DNA of 64,000 nt from IMG/VR virus record IMGVR_UViG_3300042549_004948, positions 1 through 64,000 of that record. One strand, 5' to 3'. The notes below the pieces were generated by a model, which did no database searches, was not told the origin of the DNA, and saw only the letters and a list, made by a program, of their open reading frames with translations. This DNA is from a virus. Of this stretch, positions 9,003 through 20,250 are shown piece by piece; within the stretch, counting starts at the first letter, position 1; every line of letters starts with the position of its first letter. Position numbers and translations under genes: made by a program.

Positions 9003-10679
9003 TTACACTACGTTCAAGTCAGAAACACCTACTAAACCATAGTATTCCGGACGAGTCATGGTCATTGCGTAACGAGTCATGATACCTTTACGTGGAGTGA
9101 AGGTGTTTGGATCGTACACAAGTGGAGTCATGATCAATGGAACATATGGAGAGTAAACAGCGCCACACTCAAGGAATTGATTACCACGGAAACCGAGGAG
9201 GATCACATTCTCAAGCATGTAAGGGTTTTTGTAAACCTTGTAACGGCTGTTAAGTTGTCCGATTTTCTGAACACCGAAGGCATACTTCATTGTGTCAGCA
9301 GCTCCGTCAGTATCAGCAGCAAATCCAGGGATTGATTCAAGGATTGTAGCTACAGTTGGAGAACATACAAGGAAGTTTGCACCGCCACGAAGAGTTCTCT
9401 GATGGATGATGTTAGATACTTTTTGAAGTTTAATACCCAATGTCTGGAACCAGCTCATTTGAGTGTAGTAAACACCAGCAGTATTAGAATCGAACGCTGT
9501 ATTTGTAGAGTTGATTTGGTTACCAACTTTAGCAGACCAATACTCAACAGTTGGAGCGTTTTGGATCAACATGTCAAGAATTTCGAGGTCAATCTCCAAA
9601 GAGATGTGCTCAGAAAGAAGACCAGTCAATTCAGCTTCAGCATCAAGAGAATGGTATGCATTCAAATCTTGAGCGAATTCTGGAGTCCATTGTGCTTTCA
9701 ACTTACGAGTTTTAGCGCTTACGGTCTGAGACTTCATTTGTACGTTGATCTCAGGGATAACGATTGAAGTAGCAGAAAGACTGTTTGGAACAGATGGGTT
9801 ACCAGTTCTGTCTTCGAAGTCACCGCGAGAGTTAAAGTCTGTTGCTTTATTATAAAAAACAGTAAACGTAGCACCTGCGCCTGTTGTTACGACAGCAGCT
9901 TCATTAACAATAAAGTTAACGAATACACCACCAGCAGAAGATGATACTGTAGTGAATTGTTGCAAGTTATCAGCAGCAGTCAAGCTAGAGCCAGAAAGGA
10001 TGATAAAAGCTCTAACTCCATCTGCATTAATATTAGATGCAATAGAAGCTGTAGGGACAACAAGCTTAGTCAAACTCTTTGTAACAATAGATGCAGAAAA
10101 ATCAGAGTTAAATTCAACATCAGCAAAAGTTGCAGATGAAGAAGCAAATCCTGTTGCAGAAGAAGAAAGTGAAGAACTAAACTGGTTCAAAGAATAACCG
10201 AACTTACCAGCGCCATAAAGACCGCCAGCGGCTTGGTTACCAAAGTTTGCAGATGGAGTACCATATACAGAACTACCGTCAGTGAAAGGAGCTTTGCTGT
10301 TACCATATTGGAAATCCAAATAGAATACTAGACCTGCAGGAAGATTCATTGGTTGTACACTAACGAATTCTTTTGCAGCAATTTGACCGAAGATCTTACG
10401 AACCAAAGGAAGAGCAACACCAGCCCACTGCTCACCAGTACCAGGGGTAAAGGTTGCACCGCCAGAATTAAGGCCTCCGTTAGTTTGTGTAGATTCGACA
10501 ACCAATTGTTTTGCTTGATTTTCAAGAATTACTGCCATGTTGTTAGCATCGTAATCTTGTAGGCCTTCAAGAAGACCAGACCTGTTCCACTTCTTAGTAA
10601 GCTTCTGAGCAACACCATGTTGATCAGCGTGAGCTGTTTGAGCGGATTCAGTCAATAGGGATTGAACTAAATTTGCCAT
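9003..10679 (-). CDS. gp23: Major capsid protein (T4 gp23-like)
   Basis: VSVQPMNLPAGLVFYL, KTRKLKAQWTPEFAQDLNAYH, EIDLEIL, YSPYVPL, FTPRKGIMTRYA. Confidence 0.95.
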   Translation of the reverse strand: MANLVQSLLTESAQTAHADQHGVAQKLTKKWNRSGLLEGLQDYDANNMAVILENQAKQLVVESTQTNGGLNSGGATFTPGTGEQWAGVALPLVRKIFGQIAAKEFVSVQPMNLPAGLVFYLDFQYGNSKAPFTDGSSVYGTPSANFGNQAAGGLYGAGKFGYSLNQFSSSLSSSATGFASSSATFADVEFNSDFSASIVTKSLTKLVVPTASIASNINADGVRAFIILSGSSLTAADNLQQFTTVSSSAGGVFVNFIVNEAAVVTTGAGATFTVFYNKATDFNSRGDFEDRTGNPSVPNSLSATSIVIPEINVQMKSQTVSAKTRKLKAQWTPEFAQDLNAYHSLDAEAELTGLLSEHISLEIDLEILDMLIQNAPTVEYWSAKVGNQINSTNTAFDSNTAGVYYTQMSWFQTLGIKLQKVSNIIHQRTLRGGANFLVCSPTVATILESIPGFAADTDGAADTMKYAFGVQKIGQLNSRYKVYKNPYMLENVILLGFRGNQFLECGAVYSPYVPLIMTPLVYDPNTFTPRKGIMTRYAMTMTRPEYYGLVGVSDLNVV

Positions 10680-10692
10680 TGTTTGTTAAATT

Positions 10693-11784
<1,092 letters not shown>

Positions 11785-11806
11785 TTTCAATAAATGGGTT
11801 TCGGGG

Positions 11807-11870
11807 ATTGCTTATTAGATTAAAGCAATATAAGGATTGTGTATAGTAGCGCCATATTAGATAATGGCGC
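11807..11870 (-). promoter_or_regulatory. Twin hairpins with shared ATCTAAT loop in scaffold/capsid leader
   Basis: Sense: GCGCCAT-TATCTAAT-ATGGCGC (11870-11849) and ATTGCTT-TAATCTAAT-AAGCAAT (11829-11807). Confidence 0.65.
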
Positions 11871-11925
11871 ATATCAAATAAATATCTAGTATCTACTTAA
11901 AAATATGTATTCTTGAAAATACTTT

Positions 11926-12552
11926 TTACTTAATACAGCAAACTCCTGACTGAGAACATATGATCTCTGAAATAAGATCATGTATTTTATTAGTTGTAGA
12001 AGATACAGAATAGTCTTTAGACTCTCTTAGCCCGGCTACCGGTCTTACATACGCGCCATAAGTAGATGGAGTAGACACAAAGTCCCAACATATTAATTCT
12101 AGATCATCTTCTACTTGAACTAAACCTTCACCAATAGGTGTAGTAGTTCCCATAGCTCTAGATGAAATGCCGACTGTTATATTATTCTTAAACAATTCTC
12201 TTAATATATTTCCGGATGGAGTCGGTAGTATTTCTATGTCTCCATATAAGTCTTTACCGTTCCAATACAATTTCATAATGTTATGACTAACATTTTTAAG
12301 GTTAATAACTGATGACTCTGGATGATCTAATTCACCTAGCGCTCTATTTTCAGCTATTGGACCTGCCATATATACATCTACCTGCTCTTTTAATACCTGA
12401 TAAGGATAGATCCTTCTGTTAGCGTTTGGCTTGTCTGTGGCTTGCACCAAACCAGACACGATCATATTACCATTAGCCAGACGTTTAGCCTCGTTTAATG
12501 AACCAGGAAGCGGCTGAAATGCGTTGTATTCTATTAAGAGTTGTTTATTCAT
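11926..12552 (-). CDS. gp21: Prohead maturation protease (T4 gp21-like)
   Basis: NANRRIYP, ALGELDHP, VSH, GISSRAMG, WDFVSTPS. Confidence 0.92.
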   Translation of the reverse strand: MNKQLLIEYNAFQPLPGSLNEAKRLANGNMIVSGLVQATDKPNANRRIYPYQVLKEQVDVYMAGPIAENRALGELDHPESSVINLKNVSHNIMKLYWNGKDLYGDIEILPTPSGNILRELFKNNITVGISSRAMGTTTPIGEGLVQVEDDLELICWDFVSTPSTYGAYVRPVAGLRESKDYSVSSTTNKIHDLISEIICSQSGVCCIK

Positions 12553-13730
12553 TATTTACGTACTATGTCGATTTTTTGACCTGTTTTTATTGTAGGATCT
12601 GCTGCTACAATTTTATCTATTTGTGGTCCAGTTGCCGTTTTAGGTACAACTAAAGCACTAGCTTCTTTTAATTTCTTTATCGCCTCTTTAAGTTTACCCA
12701 TCTTATCTTTATTGCCTTTAAACTTCTCCATGTACTGTTTAATCTTTTCAGTTATAGTACTGCCTCCAAACGGATGGGAAAATCTCATATCTTTTGGCTT
12801 TTCTAACCCGTCTATATCGATAGAACTAAAGAACATACCTCTATTATATAGAGCCATTACTTTTCCTTGAGTCTCTTCGAATCCTGTTATCTTGATTCTT
12901 TTGTTTGTATCTCTAGTAATAGCCTCATCATTCATACTAAAAGTAACGCCTTCATCGTTTGTTGCTTGAACAAGCCTTCCAGAAATGTCTTTCTTAACGT
13001 TGTATTTAGGATTAGCTGGCTCGTCTGCAAAGTTCATACTAGCCTCTTCTTGAGCCTTTGCTGTATGATGATCTATAGTATTGATCTGATAATCTTTTAG
13101 CGTTCCGTCTTCAAGTTCAACGGTTAAGGTGCCTCCAATAATTTCTTTAATAGTTCCTTCACCATCTGGCGTGTGAACATTAGATCCTACTATATGACTC
13201 CAGTGGGCGTCTTCGTTAATTTGATCTTTTTTTTTAAGGGAGTCTTTAAGCTCTTTTAAAGCTGCTTGTTTAAGAGCCTTTACCTTAACTTTTTTCATTT
13301 CGTTATCGGTATCGTTTAGGTCTCCTTTCTTTATGTATTTCATTTCAAGCTTCTTATCTGCCTTTTTAACGTCTTTAGCATTAGCAAACATCTCTTCATC
13401 AAAAGCATGCGAATCGTTTTCAAGAGCTTTAGCAGCTTTATTAAGAGCATTTACATAAGAATCATTAGTTAATTCTTTTTCTTTTGACAGCATCTTATTA
13501 ATACCGCGCTTCAAAAAATATGGGTTTACTTTATCTACAGCTGGATCAGTTGCTACATTAGCATCTGCTTCACTGATAATACTCTTGTTCTTAAGTATCT
13601 TTACAGCATCATCATAAGATGTAAGGTTAGTTACCCAAGGAAGATTAGAATCTCTACGAACTTCATAGATGAATCTGTCACGGCTGACTTCTCCAGCCTT
13701 GTGTTTGCGATATAGTTCTATTGTTGTCAT
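12552..13730 (-). CDS. Head-associated hypothetical protein
   Basis: Likely start MTTIELYRK at 13730, preceded by late motif; K/E-rich with several [LI]xE sites. Confidence 0.7.
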   Translation of the reverse strand: MTTIELYRKHKAGEVSRDRFIYEVRRDSNLPWVTNLTSYDDAVKILKNKSIISEADANVATDPAVDKVNPYFLKRGINKMLSKEKELTNDSYVNALNKAAKALENDSHAFDEEMFANAKDVKKADKKLEMKYIKKGDLNDTDNEMKKVKVKALKQAALKELKDSLKKKDQINEDAHWSHIVGSNVHTPDGEGTIKEIIGGTLTVELEDGTLKDYQINTIDHHTAKAQEEASMNFADEPANPKYNVKKDISGRLVQATNDEGVTFSMNDEAITRDTNKRIKITGFEETQGKVMALYNRGMFFSSIDIDGLEKPKDMRFSHPFGGSTITEKIKQYMEKFKGNKDKMGKLKEAIKKLKEASALVVPKTATGPQIDKIVAADPTIKTGQKIDIVRK

Positions 13731-13743
13731 ACTTTTATAAATA

Positions 13744-13875
13744 TTAGGATCTTCCTTGTCCACGATAGTTTTTTTCTGATCTATCATGTTTGTTAAACGA
13801 TTTCTTTGCAACCCCTCTTTTCTTTTTACCGAAATTGATCTTTATAGAACCGCCGGCTGATTTTGATTTTGCCAT
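13744..13875 (-). CDS. 43-aa basic protein ending YRGQGRS (not in ORF track)
   Basis: MAKSKSAGGSIKINFGKKKRGVAKKSFNKHDRSEKNYRGQGRS; TAATG overlap with upstream stop. Confidence 0.75.
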   Translation of the reverse strand: MAKSKSAGGSIKINFGKKKRGVAKKSFNKHDRSEKNYRGQGRS

Positions 13876-14792
13876 TACTTAAACTTTTTAATGCTTTGAT
13901 TTAGAGCAGAAACCATTTCCTTGATCTTCTCAAGGGCTTTTTCAGTGTGTATTTTATATTTAAGACCGTCTTCACCTTCAGATAGTTCTGATTTTAAACG
14001 GCTAACATATTCGAATAATTTATTAATCTCTTGTACTTTCTTTCTTACTTGACGGACTGCTTGATGGAATTGATCTGACTTACCTCTAGTCTTAGTCTCG
14101 GTTTTGAACTTAGAATAGCTTTCTTCAATAGGTATAGGCCCATAACCATCTTCAGGGTTATCTGAACCGTAGTCGTCATCGTCGTCCTCCTCATCTTCTA
14201 TCTCTTCTACACCATTTGCATCTTTATTCTTTAAGGCAGAAATAAAGTCATTATAAGATTTAACTGGTTGGCCGTATACTTTTATTGTGTCATTATCTAG
14301 ATCAACATAAATTGCACTGTCTTGATATCCTAGGTCAATAATCAAGGTATCATAATTCTTACCAATCGCTGTTCCTCCGGTTATCTTTTTACCGGCCTTT
14401 TCTGCCCAATTAGCTATAGTATTAACTATACTAGTGGCACCTTTTCTTTTAGCAAACTTAACTATATTTTCAGGAACACTTCCTTCACTAATAGCACTAG
14501 AAAGCTCTTCAAATAATTGCTTATAGATAAAACCACCTTTTGAAGGGCGGTTAGGTATTGATGGAGCGTCTTTCCAACCCCACTTATCTTTCATATATAT
14601 TTTAGCTTTGCCTGCAGCTAGTTTAGGCTCGACGTCTTTTTGCTCAGGCTTTAGTTTCTTTCTAACTATTTTCTTTGTGGCTATTGGACCTGCTTGTTCA
14701 CCAGTTCCGGCAGTAAAGGTAGCTCCGGTTCCGGTAACTGATCCTTCTTCACGAAGTCTTTGAGTTGCAAATTGGTTGTTAAAGCTATTCAT
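13875..14792 (-). CDS. Head-associated hypothetical protein
   Basis: 305 aa, between portal and protease; modules separated by LRE, LFE, ISE, IEE. Confidence 0.7.
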   Translation of the reverse strand: MNSFNNQFATQRLREEGSVTGTGATFTAGTGEQAGPIATKKIVRKKLKPEQKDVEPKLAAGKAKIYMKDKWGWKDAPSIPNRPSKGGFIYKQLFEELSSAISEGSVPENIVKFAKRKGATSIVNTIANWAEKAGKKITGGTAIGKNYDTLIIDLGYQDSAIYVDLDNDTIKVYGQPVKSYNDFISALKNKDANGVEEIEDEEDDDDDYGSDNPEDGYGPIPIEESYSKFKTETKTRGKSDQFHQAVRQVRKKVQEINKLFEYVSRLKSELSEGEDGLKYKIHTEKALEKIKEMVSALNQSIKKFK

Positions 14793-14794
14793 TA

Positions 14795-15643
14795 TTAAGC
14801 CTTTTTAAGCTCGTCAATTAAATCGCAATACTGAAGAATTCCTGAAATAGTCTCATCTTTGATCGATTGATTTTCTTTAATCGGCCTGATAAACTTTAGT
14901 ACTTCTTCTAGTTTGATTTTAACAACCTGATCTTTTGTAGATTCTTTTAATTCTATTAATTCACTTTTAATTGACTCTAATTCTTCATTTAAATAAGTCT
15001 TAAGATTCTTAGTGTCAGAAATATTAGTGATGTATTCTTTTAGCACTTCTTTTTGTCTCTCAGACAAGTCTTTATACTTGTTATTGAACTTCTCAATTAG
15101 AATTTTATATGTTAAAAGTCTAATCTCTTTATCTTCTTTCATAAACTCTTCTACTAAAGATCTAGGAGCTTTAGAATCGGCACCGTTTTTAAGGGTGATG
15201 TGTTCTAGAAGATTAATCTTATTTAGAAGAATTTGCTTAGTGTCAATAGTTTTTGCAGTCTGAGATTCAAATATAGTATAGATAGAAGCGAATGGCTTAT
15301 AGTTTTCTATTTTAGCTTTAAAGAAGTTATCTAATTCATAAGTACCCTTGATTTCTCTAATTAGGTTGTACTTCAATTTGTTAATCTTTTCAAAATCAAG
15401 CTTCTTATATTGCTCAATAATAGTAGAAATTAAAATCTCAGCCCTAGCTTCAGAAAGCTTTGGACTAGATGCAAAAGTACTATATAAGCTATATTCTTTA
15501 CCTAATTCGGTATTGCTAAAGTACTTCTTAAGGATTTTGACAGCCTTAGAGTCTTGATTATTTATTAAATCAGATGTAGTTTGTCTGACTAATAATTCGA
15601 ATAAAATACCGGTATTGCGATATTTTGAGTGTTTTATTGCCAT
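14795..15643 (-). CDS. Conserved hypothetical protein downstream of portal
   Basis: Likely start MAIKHSKYRNTGILFELL at 15643; late motif upstream. Confidence 0.75.
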   Translation of the reverse strand: MAIKHSKYRNTGILFELLVRQTTSDLINNQDSKAVKILKKYFSNTELGKEYSLYSTFASSPKLSEARAEILISTIIEQYKKLDFEKINKLKYNLIREIKGTYELDNFFKAKIENYKPFASIYTIFESQTAKTIDTKQILLNKINLLEHITLKNGADSKAPRSLVEEFMKEDKEIRLLTYKILIEKFNNKYKDLSERQKEVLKEYITNISDTKNLKTYLNEELESIKSELIELKESTKDQVVKIKLEEVLKFIRPIKENQSIKDETISGILQYCDLIDELKKA

Positions 15644-15684
15644 AGTTTTTTTATACAAGTCGACTAGTAATAAATATCTATATA

Positions 15685-17592
15685 TTATTCTAAACCGCCC
15701 TTAATGTTATCCTCACTTAAAAGATCAGATTCCTCGAATAATTTAGTTTTTCTAGAGCCAAATTTCTTACCTAGACCCGTTAACATTGTTTGATTTTTTA
15801 AAAATTCTGTCATTGCTCCTTCAAGAGCTAAAGGACTTCCTCCTTTGTAATTAACCCCCATACTATCTTCTCCTGTTTCAGCATTTTTAGAATATGCAGC
15901 TTGTCCAATAGGATCTCTGCCGAATCTAGAATTATCTGTACCAATAATTGATGTTACAGATTTAGGACGGCCTGGTTTCTTCTCATCATATCCTTGAGGA
16001 ACATTTAATACAGAATCTTCTTTTCCTCCATATAGACTAGCTATTTGGTGAGGTGTTCCGTATGATTGTCCTGATTCTGCTGGATCATTTCCTTCTTCTT
16101 GAATTTGAGCATATCTGAATTGTCTTTTCTTATCTTCAACAATCATATCTTCAAGTTCAGCATATTGATCTTCAGAGAAGTGGAATATCTTGTCATAGAT
16201 AAAGTCTCTTGGAAGTAAGTTTCCTTCCATCGCTTGTTTAGCAAGATCGATCTTCTCTTTGAATAGTGCTATCCTTTCTTGATCATAAATGATTGACGGA
16301 TTAGTAAGAGATAGACTAAAGTTAGCAGCTGATTCGTTAGTGTAACCATGAGCATATAAATGCACCAAGGCTATTTTAGTTAATTCAGATACTAAAATCC
16401 TTTGAAGCCTTTCTATAGTTCTAGCGAATCGAATATCTTCAGCCGCTAGTGTAGCTTTGCCTGTCAAATCCTTTTCATAGCCCATGAAAGCCTTAGGTAT
16501 CTTGAGAGCAGCAAATAGCTTTTCACGGAAGTATGCAACGTCTTCAATACCATTATATTCTAATCCTTTTGCAGTATCAATCTTTGTAGATGTATCATTA
16601 CCACGAACCGGGATAAAGAAGTCTTCTAGTAGATTTTGCTGGTTATATTTAAGGTTATAGTTGCCAGTCTGGGGATCCATAAGAGGAGTTTTCTTCATCT
16701 TCTGAATCATTCTCTGCATGTAGTTATCAACTTCGCCTGGTGGGATAGCTCCTACGTTTACATAGAAGATACGTCTCTCAGGAGCACGAACAATACGGTG
16801 AATCAACATTGCATCTTCGATCAATACATATTGCTTAAACAACTTACGAGCGGGCTCTAAATAAGATCTACCATAAGGAAGATAATTAACATCTCCGGTC
16901 AAACGGAAGTGGGCCATCTCAAAGTTATCAAACCAAATACCAGTATCTTCATTTCTTTGTGAACTATATCCTGTAGATGAAGCAAGAGTCGCGTTAGGAT
17001 CGTACTTAAATCTAACCTCTTGTGGGTTTTGAGGATTGAATCCTTCTTCTCTGATAATATTATAAGCTGAGAATGGGATTACATTATAAACACCATAGTT
17101 TTCTGCGATCTCTAGTTTTAAGTAGAAGTCCCCGTACTTAGCCATATTGCGAACCCAAGACCAAAGATTAAATTCAATATTAAGTACAGAATAAAATAAG
17201 TTGTAGAGGAGTTTCTGTATGTTTTCATCAGAAGACCTAATTTGTAATACTTCACCTTGTTCATTTTTAAGTGTACATTCGTCTGCTACGATATCTAGGG
17301 CAGAGCAACAGATTGCATCTGTATCCATTGCATCATAGTCGGCATAAATCTGAACCCTTGCAGACTGATAATTTTGAGATAAGTTAAGGTTAACGCCATA
17401 GGCAGTTGAAGTAGTGTATACCTTGTTAAACCTGTCTACAAGAGAGTTGGTTTGAATAACACCAGATCTTTGTATAGTGTCCGTGTCGATAACTTTTAAC
17501 ATGTCTCCACCTTCATTTCGAATAATTACGTCTGTTGAAAATAGACGCTTTAGAGTAGAGAATAAATTGTTTTGTTTTTGTTGTTCTGCCAT
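15685..17592 (-). CDS. gp20: Portal protein (T4 gp20-like)
   Basis: EDAMLIHRIVRAPERRIFYVNVG, EDFFIPVRG, LFAALKIPK, EDIRFARTIERLQ. Confidence 0.95.
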   Translation of the reverse strand: MAEQQKQNNLFSTLKRLFSTDVIIRNEGGDMLKVIDTDTIQRSGVIQTNSLVDRFNKVYTTSTAYGVNLNLSQNYQSARVQIYADYDAMDTDAICCSALDIVADECTLKNEQGEVLQIRSSDENIQKLLYNLFYSVLNIEFNLWSWVRNMAKYGDFYLKLEIAENYGVYNVIPFSAYNIIREEGFNPQNPQEVRFKYDPNATLASSTGYSSQRNEDTGIWFDNFEMAHFRLTGDVNYLPYGRSYLEPARKLFKQYVLIEDAMLIHRIVRAPERRIFYVNVGAIPPGEVDNYMQRMIQKMKKTPLMDPQTGNYNLKYNQQNLLEDFFIPVRGNDTSTKIDTAKGLEYNGIEDVAYFREKLFAALKIPKAFMGYEKDLTGKATLAAEDIRFARTIERLQRILVSELTKIALVHLYAHGYTNESAANFSLSLTNPSIIYDQERIALFKEKIDLAKQAMEGNLLPRDFIYDKIFHFSEDQYAELEDMIVEDKKRQFRYAQIQEEGNDPAESGQSYGTPHQIASLYGGKEDSVLNVPQGYDEKKPGRPKSVTSIIGTDNSRFGRDPIGQAAYSKNAETGEDSMGVNYKGGSPLALEGAMTEFLKNQTMLTGLGKKFGSRKTKLFEESDLLSEDNIKGGLE

Positions 17593-17601
17593 ATTTTTAT
17601 T

Positions 17602-19197
17602 TTATAAAAGCCATGTTAAATCTTCATTCATTTCTCCTTGAGCCGTATGATGTGTCATATTCCAAGGATTTTGATTATATTGATTGTTTGCGTTATATGA
17701 TATAGTGTTATCTTGTGTTTTAGTAAAACTATTTAAAGCTGCGTAAGTTAAGTTTTCTACCGTCTTCTTATATCTTAATGATGTTTCTCTCAAATACATT
17801 GCTACAGCAAAACTCATAACAAGATCATCATTATAACTCTGCATGGCTTGAGCTTTACCGTTCTTCCAGATAAACACTCTAAGCTCTTCTAATAATCTAA
17901 CCGATCTTATATTAGCTAGTTTATTTTCTATTGAGTCTCTCATCTTCTCTACAGCTAATGGCCTGGTTTTCTCAGTCATACTAAATCCAGGAACTAGTCC
18001 TGTTTGAGTATTGATTCTATCCACGTATTTTGTAAAGTCCATATTGCTGTCTTGCTTATAACTATAGTGGATATTTGTATATCCTCTTTCTAATACTGTC
18101 TGCACCACATCCCAACCTATATTATTATTTTCTACAACTAGTAGAGCATTATTATATTCAGAGGCTATGCTTAGTAATATATTGGCATAATCTCTTGTAT
18201 CTGGCTGTGACTTATATTCTGCAACCTGGGTAATTGATTCAATTTCAATAACATGAAAAGAAGAATAGTCATTACCGTCTCCGCGTGCAACGTCAGCAAC
18301 AACTGCGTAGTATTTAGTAGGGTCTGGATAATCCCAGATCCATAGCGCTCTGTCAAGCCCTCTTCTTTCAATCGGTTCTGATAACATATTTTCTTCATAC
18401 CAAGTTAGTATTTCTGGTTCTATTACACTATTACCTGAGGTAGCAAAGTCACAATCACATTCTTGCGCAGCATTTCGTTTACCTAATATCTTATCTTGCT
18501 CGTCTCTCCATACTTGATCTCTTTCAGGATGGACAGACCAAGGTAGCGATATCGGCAGAAATTTATTTTGTTGCTCTTGAGCAGACACATATGATTTGTG
18601 AAACCAATTGCCCACACCATTTGGAGTAGATAAAGCTATGCACCCACCACCAGTAGCCAACGTTTGTTGAGCCGCTGTAAAGATCTCCTCAATTCTGTCA
18701 ATGAACGCAGCCTCGTCTATGACTAGGAGTGATACCGCTTCAGAACGACCCGCGTCACCTGCCGCCGACACCGCTTTGATTTGAGAACCATTCGCTAGTC
18801 TAAGACTCAGTCTGTTATCTTCTGATGTTCCTATCTTAAGCCAAGTTGGTAGGTTCTGATAAGCAAATCTTACCTTTGTTACCATGTTCTTGGCGGTATC
18901 TTGCTTAGTCGCAATAATAAGAACATTCTTATCTTTATTGAACAACATTAACCATAAAGAATAAGCAGAAACAAGAGTAGATATACCTAGCTGTCTTGAC
19001 TTATTAATTATAGAGTAGTCATGCTTCTGAAACAATTTTAAAACCTTTTCTTGAAATGGATATAGATTAAAAAACTGCCTTCCTCTTTGTGGGTGTTGGA
19101 TCATATAGTACTTCTTCATGAAGTACACGGGATCCGTGGCACACTTAACAAACTCCTCCTTTATTCTTTCTTTTATCGTTATCTGTTGATCAGACAT
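17602..19197 (-). CDS. terL: Terminase large subunit (T4 gp17-like)
   Basis: LYPFQ, KSRQLGIST, IDEAAFI, LSTPNG, VADVARG, DDLVMS. Confidence 0.95.
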   Translation of the reverse strand: MSDQQITIKERIKEEFVKCATDPVYFMKKYYMIQHPQRGRQFFNLYPFQEKVLKLFQKHDYSIINKSRQLGISTLVSAYSLWLMLFNKDKNVLIIATKQDTAKNMVTKVRFAYQNLPTWLKIGTSEDNRLSLRLANGSQIKAVSAAGDAGRSEAVSLLVIDEAAFIDRIEEIFTAAQQTLATGGGCIALSTPNGVGNWFHKSYVSAQEQQNKFLPISLPWSVHPERDQVWRDEQDKILGKRNAAQECDCDFATSGNSVIEPEILTWYEENMLSEPIERRGLDRALWIWDYPDPTKYYAVVADVARGDGNDYSSFHVIEIESITQVAEYKSQPDTRDYANILLSIASEYNNALLVVENNNIGWDVVQTVLERGYTNIHYSYKQDSNMDFTKYVDRINTQTGLVPGFSMTEKTRPLAVEKMRDSIENKLANIRSVRLLEELRVFIWKNGKAQAMQSYNDDLVMSFAVAMYLRETSLRYKKTVENLTYAALNSFTKTQDNTISYNANNQYNQNPWNMTHHTAQGEMNEDLTWLL

Positions 19198-19889
19198 TAT
19201 TTATGTGTTACAGCAAGACCTATTACTAAAGCTCCAAGTACAAACTTTTGTATTTTACCCATTTTCATTCTTCTATCAAACTTCTTGATGTCTCCTTTTA
19301 AGCCATCAATTTGAATTTTATAGTTTTGCCCTTGCTCTATTTGTTTTTGTATAATTGATTGATAATTAGTTTCTTTTTGTCTAAAAACTGTAATTACTTG
19401 ATCTCTATTATTAAGAGACTGGGCTTGGGTTTGAATTACACTGTCTTGCGCAATTACTATTTTCTCATTCACCTCTCCTTCTTTTAAATCAACTACTACA
19501 GCCTTACTAACTTCAATAGGTAACATTGTAGTGTCACTAGAAACTTTATCATATTCCTCTTTATATGTAGCTACAAAGAAACTATCAACTTGAGTTGGTG
19601 TATAAGATAAAGCATCTTTAGCATCTTTTAAATCATCTTTAAGATCTTTTACCTTATCCTTTAAATATACGACTTTTTCTGCTAAATAATCATTATCTTT
19701 TTCTAGTACGCTAATTCCTATTTCTAGAGTATCATTTACTAAATGAATAGAGTCAATGTTTTGTTGAAGTGAGTCTATCTTTGCTTCATAGGGTTTGGTA
19801 TCAAATCTTTTTGGTTGTAAGATAAAAATATACCAGATGGCTAATAATGCTAATAAGGCTAATGCTGTACTAAATACTATCTTCTTCAT
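19197..19889 (-). CDS. Membrane-anchored coiled-coil protein, possible spanin-like lysis accessory
   Basis: N-terminal TM helix, long coiled coil, hydrophobic C-terminus, multiple D-S/T-hydrophobic sequons. Confidence 0.5.
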   Translation of the reverse strand: MKKIVFSTALALLALLAIWYIFILQPKRFDTKPYEAKIDSLQQNIDSIHLVNDTLEIGISVLEKDNDYLAEKVVYLKDKVKDLKDDLKDAKDALSYTPTQVDSFFVATYKEEYDKVSSDTTMLPIEVSKAVVVDLKEGEVNEKIVIAQDSVIQTQAQSLNNRDQVITVFRQKETNYQSIIQKQIEQGQNYKIQIDGLKGDIKKFDRRMKMGKIQKFVLGALVIGLAVTHK

Positions 19890-20223
19890 CTGAATCTAAT
19901 TTAGGGTTTTCAACTTGGTCTATTTGTTGTTTAAGTAATTTTATTCTATCAGGAATATTACCTACTGCTTTTTTATACCCGCCTACATCTTTCAGTTTTA
20001 GGATACCATCAGCATCTCTTTCAGTATACTTTGCTAGAATAGATTTTACTTGAGCTTGTAGATTTTGTAGCTCTTTTTTCTTCTTGTCAAGTCCTCTAAA
20101 GTCTTTTTCAGATTTTTTAAGGTCTGTTGTTGAAGGTTCTATATCATCTTCTGCCTCTTCTCTAATTTTAGAGATGATAGTAAGATTGTTCTCTGTTAAA
20201 TATTTTTCTAAGTTAAACGACAT
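19870..20223 (-). CDS. Hypothetical protein, putative internal head protein
   Basis: MSFNLEKYLTE leader; late motif upstream. Confidence 0.65.
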   Translation of the reverse strand: MSFNLEKYLTENNLTIISKIREEAEDDIEPSTTDLKKSEKDFRGLDKKKKELQNLQAQVKSILAKYTERDADGILKLKDVGGYKKAVGNIPDRIKLLKQQIDQVENPKLDSDEEDSI

Positions 20224-20250
20224 ATTGGTCTATTTACTTATAAATATTTA

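Noticed and set aside
13731-13811. N-terminal extension of the 12552-13811 ORF
   Set aside because: TTG start overlaps a better 43-aa ORF; the late motif sits just before ATG 13730
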